From a virus (Duplodnaviria; Caudoviricetes): a stretch of 64,000 nucleotides of DNA. The position numbers and the translations under genes were made by a program. The notes under the pieces were generated by a model. It had not been told where the DNA came from and ran no database searches. It worked only from the letters and a program-made list of their open reading frames with translations. Of this stretch, positions 1 through 8,294 are shown one piece after another (the stretch's first letter is position 1; every line of letters begins with the position of its first letter). The stretch is from IMG/VR virus record IMGVR_UViG_3300020172_000524, positions 1 to 64,000 of that record, one strand, 5' to 3'.

Positions 1-1
1 A

Positions 2-574
2 GGTAATGAAGACTATATTCAGTTTGTAGGAAGTGGTAAATGGAATGACTTAAATAACAGTAGCAGTCTAGCATATGTAATAGAATTTGATTACATAGTA
101 ACAACTTCTTCTTGGGCACTCTATAAAACAATCTATACTAACTCTTCAGGATACTATTCTATCTCTGAGACTTATGATCCTTCTAAGGAATACTACATAC
201 AAGTAGATGCTCCTACTAGAGTTCAATCTTATACTACCTCAGACATCCAAGCAGTATCTAATGTAATCTTAGGAAAGACTGTTAGGAATGGATTATCCTT
301 TCATATGTTTGATGTAAATGAAGATGGAGTACTTTCAGTATCAGATAAGTATTACGTAGCTGCAAGGAAAGCAGGAAGATTTTCTAGGTGGAGAACAGCT
401 CCTGACGTAAGAATCTTTACTACTACAGAATACAACGCTATCAAAGCAGCTAAAGTAAACGTACGTGCAACTTATCCTGGAGTTAGTACGTACACAACTT
501 CTACTTTAACTAGTGGAGGAACTTTAAATCTATATTTAATAGCTCCTGGATACTCTGGAGCAGTAACTTACTAA
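2..574 (+). CDS. 5'-truncated protein: end of a C-type lectin-like domain followed by a dockerin/EF-hand-like motif
   Basis: The frame is open from position 2 and continuous with ORF 305..574. It reads GNEDYIQFVGSGKWNDLNNSSSLAYVIEF (CTL-type ED...GxWND motif) and later DVNEDGVLSVSD (Ca-binding-loop pattern). Confidence 0.6.
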   Translation, partial: GNEDYIQFVGSGKWNDLNNSSSLAYVIEFDYIVTTSSWALYKTIYTNSSGYYSISETYDPSKEYYIQVDAPTRVQSYTTSDIQAVSNVILGKTVRNGLSFHMFDVNEDGVLSVSDKYYVAARKAGRFSRWRTAPDVRIFTTTEYNAIKAAKVNVRATYPGVSTYTTSTLTSGGTLNLYLIAPGYSGAVTY

Positions 575-575
575 C

Positions 576-1022
576 ATGAAAAAACTATTTATACTTTCCG
601 CTTTAGTCATTATGATGACTTCTCTGAGTGCTCAATGCTACAAAGTTGACACTGTAACTTCAATTGCTTCTGTAACAGAGATAGGAGGAAGACCTATTAT
701 CTTCGGAGCACAGACAACTCTAGAAGAGATCGCTTCTTCAAAGTACCAATTATGTAATGAGGGCAGTCCTATTTCAGGAGAAATCAAATCCATTGCTATG
801 CCTGAGCAACTCTTAAACATTGTAGGCTTACAGTTTCTTAAGCGTGAGTACATTGTAATTACACAGATCAATGTCAATGGAACTGTTGTAACAGGAGAAG
901 CAAAGAAGATTGTCTATGTAAATGCAATGTTTGTTTCTGTAGAAGGGATTCCTCACAACAGAAAAGCTTACTCTAAGGCCTTGGAGAAGTCGTTTAAGAA
1001 TGGATTTGAAAACTTGAAATAG
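576..1022 (+). CDS. Hypothetical exported protein
   Basis: Sec-type signal peptide MKKLFILSALVIMMTSLSA followed by Gln, as is typical in Bacteroidota; starts 1 nt after the upstream stop. Confidence 0.7.
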   Translation: MKKLFILSALVIMMTSLSAQCYKVDTVTSIASVTEIGGRPIIFGAQTTLEEIASSKYQLCNEGSPISGEIKSIAMPEQLLNIVGLQFLKREYIVITQINVNGTVVTGEAKKIVYVNAMFVSVEGIPHNRKAYSKALEKSFKNGFENLK

Positions 1023-1029
1023 GATAATA

Positions 1030-1300
1030 TCCTTCTCAGATGAGAAGTTGTCTATTTTGACTTTCTATTCTAACTTATATTACAGCAGTTTTTAACCAAA
1101 TAGCTCTCGGAGCTAAGTCTCTGTTCTGTCCACTTATTGCCTACGGTCTATTAGTTGTAGGTCAGAGCACTGTAAACTTCGTAAGAACATTTCGACACTA
1201 TCGGAGAAACCTCTTTTCACCTCTGAGGGCTACTCATACTATCCGACTTCTAGCAGATTACTTTCTAATCCTCATCTGCGAACACTAAGAAGTGGTGTCA
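1030..1300 (-). ncRNA. Candidate structured non-coding RNA (family unknown, strand tentative)
   Basis: ORF-free region with many nested inverted repeats (1080-85/1170-75, 1101-06/1110-15, 1119-23/1163-67, 1140-44/1157-61, 1194-98/1295-99, 1201-05/1242-46, 1246-51/1288-93, 1253-58/1274-79). A minus-strand TACATTTG element at 1313-1306 lies just upstream. Confidence 0.5.
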
Positions 1301-1305
1301 GTCTA

Positions 1306-1313
1306 CAAATGTA
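1306..1313 (-). promoter_or_regulatory. Bacteroidota-type -7 promoter element (TACATTTG) inside a 9-bp inverted repeat
   Basis: Matches TAnnTTTG and is followed by TAGAC, the same context as the element at 62507-62500; inverted repeat 1303-1311/1318-1326. Confidence 0.5.
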
Positions 1314-1362
1314 ATAGCATTTGTAGGTCAGAAGTCTGGTGTGTTGAAAATTTGTGGATTTT

Positions 1363-1635
1363 TTAGAGTCCTGCAGCCTGCTGACCCTTTAGATAATCAG
1401 TCTGTTGCATTGGAGGATCATCGTCTACAAGAGAGTCCATAGCCATTTCTATGTATTCCCACAACATTTCTTCTGTGTATCTCTTTCTGTAGGTAAAGTC
1501 TTTGAAGCCTTCGTACAAAGCATTTTTAAATCCTTCTATATCCCCTGCTATCTTAATCTCTTCGTCTTGCAAGGCTAACAGGAATATGTCAAACACTTCC
1601 TGAGCTGTGGGTTTTTTAATCTTTTCCATCGACAT
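1363..1635 (-). CDS. Hypothetical acidic protein
   Basis: ORF track gives 1363..1656. The ATG at 1635 is preferred because a TATATTTG element occupies 1663-1656. Confidence 0.65.
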   Translation of the reverse strand: MSMEKIKKPTAQEVFDIFLLALQDEEIKIAGDIEGFKNALYEGFKDFTYRKRYTEEMLWEYIEMAMDSLVDDDPPMQQTDYLKGQQAAGL

Positions 1636-1655
1636 AGCAGTGTTTTTAATCAACA

Positions 1656-1824
1656 CAAATATAAGTTTAAATCTTTTTTTGTCTATAGTGTTTGTCTAAT
1701 ACTTACAAACTAATAAAATAATTATCTAGATTAAAATTTCTCTTAACACGTGTAATATAAAATGTTACACGTGTCTTTAGACTTAACATTTAACTTGACT
1801 TTTTTTGCTATAATGGTATATTTG
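1656..1824. promoter_or_regulatory. Divergent promoter region with a paired palindromic operator-like site
   Basis: Minus-strand TATATTTG at 1663-1656; plus-strand TTG at 1795 with TATATTTG at 1817; two ACACGTGT palindromes at 1746-1753 and 1767-1774. Confidence 0.65.
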
Positions 1825-1848
1825 TTTAAGTAAAAACAAACCAAACCA

Positions 1849-2205
1849 ATGAAAGTAGCACGTAGATATGAAGAAGGAGTCAAGTTACATCAAGCATATA
1901 TTGATGTATTGCTTAGACTTGCAGGGTATAGATTGTCAGATCTATACACTAGTATATTAGCCCATAGTTCTTACTACGGTACTTTAGACAAGGAAGTAAA
2001 AGAAAGAATCGCAAGTGAGTTTAGCACATCAGTCCAAGTAATTTCTAACGGAATTACTAGACTAAGAAAAATGGGCATCTTAGAAAAAAACACAGTCAAC
2101 AGAAGATTGTGTCCTACTAGCAAGCAAGACGTTACACTCACTTTGATTCTTTCTACAGGAGAAACTAAAAAGGTAGAACCCCAGTTGGAAGCTGCACAAG
2201 CATGA
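1849..2205 (+). CDS. Putative winged helix-turn-helix DNA-binding protein
   Basis: KERIASEFSTSVQVISNGITRLRKMGILEK fits an HTH plus wing pattern; first gene after the promoter. Confidence 0.6.
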   Translation: MKVARRYEEGVKLHQAYIDVLLRLAGYRLSDLYTSILAHSSYYGTLDKEVKERIASEFSTSVQVISNGITRLRKMGILEKNTVNRRLCPTSKQDVTLTLILSTGETKKVEPQLEAAQA

Positions 2206-2756
2206 GAACTGTAAAGGATAAATACGATAACATCGAGATAAAAACCTATGCAGCTTACTCTGAAGTTGCTAAGGAAATGGATATGACCATAGACCAAGTA
2301 AGTACAGTCTATGAGTGGTATCTTAAGAAAACCATCGAAGAGATCAAAGAACTACCTACAGTTAAAGTAAGATTATCTGGATTAGGAGTTCTAGTATTTA
2401 ATCCTAACAAGGCAATGAAGACTATAGCTACTAAACTTAAGTCTGAAACTTTGCTTACAGATTCTCCTAGAGAAGATCTTACAGCACTCAGAGGATATAA
2501 TAACTACTACTTGCTAGAGAACTGGATTAAGTTATTTGAAGACAGATATGAAAGAGGAAAATCTAAAAAACTATACGCACCTGTAGTAGTTGATTACTTT
2601 GATAGAACTCTTATAACCTTAAAACAAAACCACAAAAAATTATATGAATCCTTACAAAGAGTACATGGCCCTGAGCCTGAAGGGTCTAAAGAATTTGAAC
2701 AAAGTACTGGAGGGAGTGGCAACGAAGACAGCGAACCAATTCAAACTATTGAATAA
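2202..2756 (+). CDS. HU/IHF-like DNA-binding protein
   Basis: EVAKEMDMTIDQVSTVY...VKVRLSGLGVLVF resembles the HU/IHF fold; ATGA overlap with the upstream gene. Confidence 0.55.
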   Translation: MRTVKDKYDNIEIKTYAAYSEVAKEMDMTIDQVSTVYEWYLKKTIEEIKELPTVKVRLSGLGVLVFNPNKAMKTIATKLKSETLLTDSPREDLTALRGYNNYYLLENWIKLFEDRYERGKSKKLYAPVVVDYFDRTLITLKQNHKKLYESLQRVHGPEPEGSKEFEQSTGGSGNEDSEPIQTIE

Positions 2757-3018
2757 TGAAAAACAGAACATTATCGCAGAGCGAATGGATATTTGTCTCA
2801 AGTGTCCCTACAATTCAACAAACGCAGTATCTTCCCCTGAGTACTTACAACTCACGGGCGAACACTACAGCACTACCAGGTCAGAACTACACTGTTCGTT
2901 TTGTGGGTGTATCTGCACCTTCAAAACAGCATCTCTATCTTCGAATTGTGGAGTAGAGAGTTGGAACGCATCTAAACCAGATAAACAAATAGAACTATTA
3001 TGGCACAAAGTAGAGTAA
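2644..3018 (+). CDS. Hypothetical Zn-finger-like protein
   Basis: RMDICLKCP...HCSFCGC...KT...C cysteine pattern; overlaps the low-complexity tail of the upstream ORF by 113 nt. Confidence 0.7.
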   Translation: MNPYKEYMALSLKGLKNLNKVLEGVATKTANQFKLLNNEKQNIIAERMDICLKCPYNSTNAVSSPEYLQLTGEHYSTTRSELHCSFCGCICTFKTASLSSNCGVESWNASKPDKQIELLWHKVE

Positions 3019-3131
3019 AAAGAAACACAATCAAGAATGGTTGTGACAAAAAACCAGGAAGTAAGTGTGGAGTACAGATTTACTTCTTGCCTGCTGACAA
3101 ACCTTTAACACAGGTTTCTTCTAAAAAATAA
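3000..3131 (+). CDS. Small basic 43-aa protein, absent from the ORF track
   Basis: MAQSRVKRNTIKNGCDKKPGSKCGVQIYFLPADKPLTQVSSKK*; spans the gap and stops 4 nt before the next ATG. Confidence 0.5.
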   Translation: MAQSRVKRNTIKNGCDKKPGSKCGVQIYFLPADKPLTQVSSKK

Positions 3132-3135
3132 GATT

Positions 3136-3342
3136 ATGGAAAACCACCAAGCCCCTAATCAACAACCCTACGTATCTAAAACTTTACAGGATAACTTATT
3201 CGAGACGTTTAAGATTTTCTGGAAAGCAGGATACTCGTACGGAAAGACTGGAAGAGATGAAGACTTCTATGCACGTGTTCTTGAAGACATCATGAACATG
3301 AACCAGTCAGACTTCTTAAAAAAATACAACAATGGCAACTAA
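3136..3342 (+). CDS. Hypothetical protein
   Basis: 68-aa ORF in a tightly packed operon. Confidence 0.65.
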   Translation: MENHQAPNQQPYVSKTLQDNLFETFKIFWKAGYSYGKTGRDEDFYARVLEDIMNMNQSDFLKKYNNGN

Positions 3343-3649
3343 AAAACTATCCTATATATCAGCAGAACTTGAATGGGCAGAACAACGCTTAACTGAGTGG
3401 AGAGCATATATAGATAACAATCCTATCAATGGATTGAAAGACAGAATTGAATGGAAGCCTACAGCCAAAGGAGGAACAATGCCTATGGTTATTGCTAGCC
3501 AAGAATCACAAATCAAATCTCTTAGAGACACTATGAAAGAATACTTAGCTTTACTTGAAGTAGTAGACCGTCTTAGAGAGAAAGAAGAACAAAAAGCAGA
3601 AGCCCGTGGATCTCAAGAGATTAACGGTAAGATGAAACAATTTAGTTAA
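3332..3649 (+). CDS. Helical protein, possible terminase small subunit
   Basis: Directly upstream of terL and translationally coupled to it (TAATG); function inferred from position only. Confidence 0.45.
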   Translation: MATKKLSYISAELEWAEQRLTEWRAYIDNNPINGLKDRIEWKPTAKGGTMPMVIASQESQIKSLRDTMKEYLALLEVVDRLREKEEQKAEARGSQEINGKMKQFS

Positions 3650-5661
3650 TGATACATCCTAATCTAGATAGTCCAGAGTTCCTAATCAACGTAAGGAATT
3701 TCCCTGATACTGATTCAGAGGAATATACTGCGTTTTGGGAAAACGAGGATAAGAAGATTACAGAAGGTGTTACTATTAATGGATTTTACTTTTCTCCTTT
3801 CATTTATTGGCATTTAAACTATTGGTCTATTTATATAGACACTATAGTAGGTAAGCGTCAAGTTCGTAAACTAGATAAACCTCAACTTTGGGACACCTAC
3901 CTAGCTGTAGATGAAACCATTCACAAGGCAGAGAATCACGAGGATGGAAAGAAAGGAGTTGTTATGGTAGGATCCAGACGTATCTCTAAATCTGTTTTGA
4001 CTTCTTCTTATATGGCTCACAAAGCCATTACACAGAAGGGTTCTGATAACTTGATATCTGCACTTAACCAACCTGACTTAAAAGTAATTACAGATTACGT
4101 AGACTTAGGTATTCGTAATCTTCCTGACTACTTTAGATTCCCTCGTATTGAGGATGACTGGAAGAAGCAGGTTACTTTAGGTTTTAAAGATAAAAAGACC
4201 AACGCTCGTAATGAGTGGTCTAAATTCCACGTACGTAACTTTGATGAAGGCAACAATACGGAAGCAGCTGCTGGTCTTACTCTGTCTTCTTTTCTTTTGG
4301 AAGAAGGAGGAAAGGGTAAGATTCTTAGTTGCTTAGCGGCAACTACTCCGTGTTTCGATAGTCCTTATGGATGGCGTTGTTCTCCATTTGTTATCGGAAC
4401 TTCGGGAGACATGAGTAAAGCTGCTGACCTAGAAGAATTATTTAATAACCCAGAAGCTTATAACTTTCTACCTGTAGAGGCAAACGAAACAGGTAAGAGT
4501 TATGGATTGTTTATTCCAGGAACTAAATCTCTAAAAGTACCAAAGGAAGAAAAATCCTTAGGACTTTACTTAGGCAAAGAAGAGGCTTCTGAGTTAGACT
4601 TAATTAAGATTTGGGTAGCAGACGAAGAGAAGGGTAAAGAACTTATCTTAAAGTCTAGGGAACAGATTAAAAAGTCTAGTGGATTAGAGACTTACTTAAA
4701 AGAAGTAATGTACTATCCTCTCACGCACGAAGAGTGTTTCTTAGAGTTATCTCAGAACATTTTTCCAGTAGACTTACTTCAAGAACAACTACAGAAGTTA
4801 ACTGCTCAAGAGATTGTAGCAGACAACGTAGAACTCTACATGTCAGCAGACGGAACAGTACGTCACAAGTTTACCGAGAAAAAGGCTGTTACGAACTTCC
4901 CTGTTAAACCAACAGATAATATTGAGGGTTGTGTACAGATTTGGGAATATCCTCTGTCAGAAGCCCCCTATGGACTTTATACAGCAGGAACGGATCCATA
5001 CAAACAGTCACAGGCACACTACTCAACTTCTTTGGGGTCTACTTACATTTATAAGCGAGTACATAATCTTAACGGAGAAGGCTGGCAGAATATGGTAGTA
5101 GCTTGTTATACAGGTCGTCCTAAGAAAATCGAGACTTGGTACGAGACTACTAAGATGCTTCTTAAGTATTACAATTCTAAGACTCTTTGTGAGAACATGG
5201 ACTATGGTTTTATCCAGCACTGTGTAGATAAGCAAGAGTCTCCTAGAGTTTTAGAGAAGACACCTAAGTTTCTTAACGACATCCACCCTAACTCTACAGT
5301 TAATCGTGACTATGGAATTCACATGACCAAGGATATTAAAAACTATTTAATGTCGCTTATCATTGAGTACATCACAGAAGTAGTAGATATAGAAAGAGAT
5401 GCAGATGGTAACACTATAAAAGAACGTTTAGGAGTTACTAGAATCTTAGATCCTGTTCTAATTAAGGAATTAATTAAGTTCACACCTAAGTTAAACGTTG
5501 ACCGAGTTATTTCATTTGGTCTTACTTTAGCTATGGCTAAGTCTTTAAACACTCAAGTAATTATTTCTGATGCAAGTCAGGATACTAGAATGCAAGCATA
5601 CTTTAGAGAGAAGAAAGGCTCATCTCTTTTTCGTACAACTTCATCACCTTTTCGCTATTAA
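3649..5661 (+). CDS. terL: Terminase large subunit
   Basis: ATPase motifs (GSRRISKS; FLLEEGGK; VIGTSG) and RNase H-like nuclease motifs (AGTDPY...STSLGS; CEN; DRVISF); lies upstream of the portal. Confidence 0.92.
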   Translation: MIHPNLDSPEFLINVRNFPDTDSEEYTAFWENEDKKITEGVTINGFYFSPFIYWHLNYWSIYIDTIVGKRQVRKLDKPQLWDTYLAVDETIHKAENHEDGKKGVVMVGSRRISKSVLTSSYMAHKAITQKGSDNLISALNQPDLKVITDYVDLGIRNLPDYFRFPRIEDDWKKQVTLGFKDKKTNARNEWSKFHVRNFDEGNNTEAAAGLTLSSFLLEEGGKGKILSCLAATTPCFDSPYGWRCSPFVIGTSGDMSKAADLEELFNNPEAYNFLPVEANETGKSYGLFIPGTKSLKVPKEEKSLGLYLGKEEASELDLIKIWVADEEKGKELILKSREQIKKSSGLETYLKEVMYYPLTHEECFLELSQNIFPVDLLQEQLQKLTAQEIVADNVELYMSADGTVRHKFTEKKAVTNFPVKPTDNIEGCVQIWEYPLSEAPYGLYTAGTDPYKQSQAHYSTSLGSTYIYKRVHNLNGEGWQNMVVACYTGRPKKIETWYETTKMLLKYYNSKTLCENMDYGFIQHCVDKQESPRVLEKTPKFLNDIHPNSTVNRDYGIHMTKDIKNYLMSLIIEYITEVVDIERDADGNTIKERLGVTRILDPVLIKELIKFTPKLNVDRVISFGLTLAMAKSLNTQVIISDASQDTRMQAYFREKKGSSLFRTTSSPFRY

Positions 5662-5683
5662 CTAAAACTAAATAACAAATACA

Positions 5684-8137
5684 ATGATTATTGAATCTCT
5701 CAAAGAGTACACTGATCCAGTCAATCACGCCTACTTTTATCCTGAGCAGTTTGTAAGCTTATCGGATAAAGAAAAAGAGAACTGGATTAAGTCTACTATG
5801 GACTACTTTGCAAATATTGCATTTGCACAGTACAAGCAGAATATCACCTTTAGAAAAAACTATAGGTTGCTTAACGGAGAATTTAACTTCTCTGACTACA
5901 CAAACATCCCTGAGATGCAGGAACTAATCAGTTACTTAAATGATGTACCTGATCAAGAGCCTGAAGTACCTCAGCACTTAAAACACTATCCTATTGTTAA
6001 CCCTCCTATCAATCAGTTGAAGGGAGAGTTGATTAACCGTCCTCACAAGTACAAGGTTAAAGCAGTAGATGACGAAGCTGTAAACGAGACTATTGATTTC
6101 CGTACAGAGTTAATTAAAGAACATTTTGTAAAGAAGTTAGAAGCTCAGTTAGAAGGTCAGCCTATCGATCCCGAACAAGAAGCTCAGATGCAACAAGAAC
6201 TACAGAACAAAATCTTGGATTATACTTCTGTTGCAGAAGAGTGGGGTAACAAAACTTTAAATGCTCTTAAGTATCACTTTAACTTTAGAGAGAAGTCTCA
6301 GCAAGCTTTCTTAGATTTCTTAGTAACAGGTAAAGAGTTTCACCACTTCTACCCAGATAATTCTCGCTTAGGATTTACCTATAAGACAGAGAACCCATCT
6401 AACGTATGGTACTTAGCTAATCGTAATGCTCAGTACACATCTGACTGTTGGGCTTTAGGTTTGATTGAAGTTCTTTCTATGAGTGAAATCGTAGAGAGAT
6501 ATAATCTTACAGGAGAAGAAGTAGAGCATTTGAAGAATCGTTCTTTACAGAACTTAAGAAACAACGAATACTCTCCCTTAGCTCCAGCTTTACCAGATCC
6601 TAATGATCCTTTGTGGCAGTTAACCTTCGAGAACGTAGGTGACTTTGCTAACGGAGGTATTGATCATAACGTATTCTCATTTAACTCTCAGCACTCTTAC
6701 ACAGTTGTTACTTCTTACTGGCAGTCTAAGAAACGTATCTTCAAACGTACCTACTTAGATGAGGAAGGATTCCAACAAGAGATGTTTGTATCTGAAGATT
6801 ACAAGATGGATAAAACCTTAGGTGATATTACTCTTGAAGAACTTTGGATAAACGAATGGTGGAGAGGTATTAAGATTGGTGCAGACATCTACGTAAATGT
6901 AGAACCTTTAGAGTTTACTCAAAGTGCTCCTATCGTAGGTATTATTAATACTACTCGTAACACTCAAGGTAAGTCTTTGTTAGATCTTCTTAAGCCCTAT
7001 CAGGTTCTTTACAACATCTGTATGAATCAGTTGTGGGAATTGCTTGAGAAAGAGATTGGTGTTGTGTTCTTAGGTGACTTGAAAGTAGTTCCTAAGAAAG
7101 ACTCTCAGGATCCTATTGAGACAATGCTATGGAATGCTAAGAACAGAGGAACTCTTTTGATTGATACTTCAATTGAGAACACAGGAGGAGCTGTACAGTT
7201 TAACCAATTCTCTCGTCTTGATCTTACTCGTTCTCTAGAGATCCAAGCACGTATTCAATTAGCTCAACAACTTCGCTTAGAAGCTTATGAGTTAGTAGGT
7301 CTTACTCGTCAACGTCTAGGTAACTCTCAAGCATCAGATACAGCTACTGCTGCTAACAATGCTTTGATTCAATCTTTTGCTCAGACAGAAACTTGGTTTG
7401 CTTGGCATGATAACATCTTGCAGAAAGTTTACCAGACTATCTTGGATATGGCTCAGTACATTGAATTACAGAAGCCTACTTCTACTTTAAACTATCTAAA
7501 CTCTGAACTAGAGACTGTATTCTTGAGAGTTAGCAAACAAGAACTCTTACACGAACTATTTGTTTTTGTTTCTTCTTATGCAGAAGACAAGGTTACTCTC
7601 GAACAGTTAAAGCAATTGGCTCAGCCTGCAATGCAGAATGGAGCAGAACTTTCTGAGATGGTTGATCTATTTACAGCTAACTCTGAAAGAAGCTTACGTA
7701 AGACTTTAGGTGATGTACAGAAACGTAAAGAAGCTATTCGTCAACAAGAACAAGCGCTTAAGCAACAGCAGTTGGAGCAACAACAAGCACAGTTTGAGCA
7801 GAAGATGCAGATGGATGCAGCTCAGAAAGCAGAAGATGCTAGAAGAGAAGATATGAACAAGCAGCTTGATCGTGAGAATAGACTGCAAGTAGTACAACTT
7901 CAAGGTATTGCTAACGAAGGTTCTTATAATCCAGATGTAGATACTACAGGTCTTCTTATCCAACAGACAAAACTTGCTCAAGAAGTTTCTAAACAGACTT
8001 ACGAGAAAGTAGCTAAAGATAAAGAGTTAAGTCTTAAAGAAAAAGAGCTAGCACTCAAAGAAAAAGACATTAACAATAAGCTTAAAATAGCTCAAACAAA
8101 TAAAAACAAGTACGATTCAGGCTCAAAAAAGAAATAA
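5684..8137 (+). CDS. Portal protein (crAss-like)
   Basis: 817 aa with HYPIVNPPINQLKGE, WINEWWRGIKIG, SLLDLLKPYQVLYNI and GLTRQRLG motifs and a C-terminal Q-rich coiled coil; follows terL. Confidence 0.88.
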   Translation: MIIESLKEYTDPVNHAYFYPEQFVSLSDKEKENWIKSTMDYFANIAFAQYKQNITFRKNYRLLNGEFNFSDYTNIPEMQELISYLNDVPDQEPEVPQHLKHYPIVNPPINQLKGELINRPHKYKVKAVDDEAVNETIDFRTELIKEHFVKKLEAQLEGQPIDPEQEAQMQQELQNKILDYTSVAEEWGNKTLNALKYHFNFREKSQQAFLDFLVTGKEFHHFYPDNSRLGFTYKTENPSNVWYLANRNAQYTSDCWALGLIEVLSMSEIVERYNLTGEEVEHLKNRSLQNLRNNEYSPLAPALPDPNDPLWQLTFENVGDFANGGIDHNVFSFNSQHSYTVVTSYWQSKKRIFKRTYLDEEGFQQEMFVSEDYKMDKTLGDITLEELWINEWWRGIKIGADIYVNVEPLEFTQSAPIVGIINTTRNTQGKSLLDLLKPYQVLYNICMNQLWELLEKEIGVVFLGDLKVVPKKDSQDPIETMLWNAKNRGTLLIDTSIENTGGAVQFNQFSRLDLTRSLEIQARIQLAQQLRLEAYELVGLTRQRLGNSQASDTATAANNALIQSFAQTETWFAWHDNILQKVYQTILDMAQYIELQKPTSTLNYLNSELETVFLRVSKQELLHELFVFVSSYAEDKVTLEQLKQLAQPAMQNGAELSEMVDLFTANSERSLRKTLGDVQKRKEAIRQQEQALKQQQLEQQQAQFEQKMQMDAAQKAEDARREDMNKQLDRENRLQVVQLQGIANEGSYNPDVDTTGLLIQQTKLAQEVSKQTYEKVAKDKELSLKEKELALKEKDINNKLKIAQTNKNKYDSGSKKK

Positions 8138-8169
8138 GAGATACAAATAAGTAATAGATTATAGCACTA

Positions 8170-8206
8170 AAGTAGGGGGTTTTTGAGTCTAAAAATCCCC
8201 TATTTT
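8170..8206 (+). terminator. Stem-loop/intrinsic terminator after the portal gene
   Basis: TAGGGGGTTTTT-gagtct-AAAAATCCCCTA followed by TTTT. Confidence 0.6.
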
Positions 8207-8244
8207 AACTTATTGTGCATATCGTAACCTAATTTATTAATCTC

Positions 8245-8274
8245 TTGTGTTAATTTTTTAAAATATTACTTTTG
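8245..8274 (+). promoter_or_regulatory. Promoter TTG-N19-TACTTTTG
   Basis: Same -33/-7 spacing as the elements at 1795/1817, 27200/27222 and 52462/52484. Confidence 0.6.
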
Positions 8275-8294
8275 AATTAAACCAAACTAACCTT

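Noticed and set aside
2-574. Diversity-generating retroelement targeting the lectin-like gene
   Set aside because: No reverse transcriptase or template/variable repeat pair is visible in the window.
1023-1362. tRNA, CRISPR array or hammerhead ribozyme in the long intergenic gap
   Set aside because: No cloverleaf with a T-loop consensus, no repeat-spacer periodicity and no CUGAnGA/GAAA core in the right arrangement; kept only as an unknown structured element.
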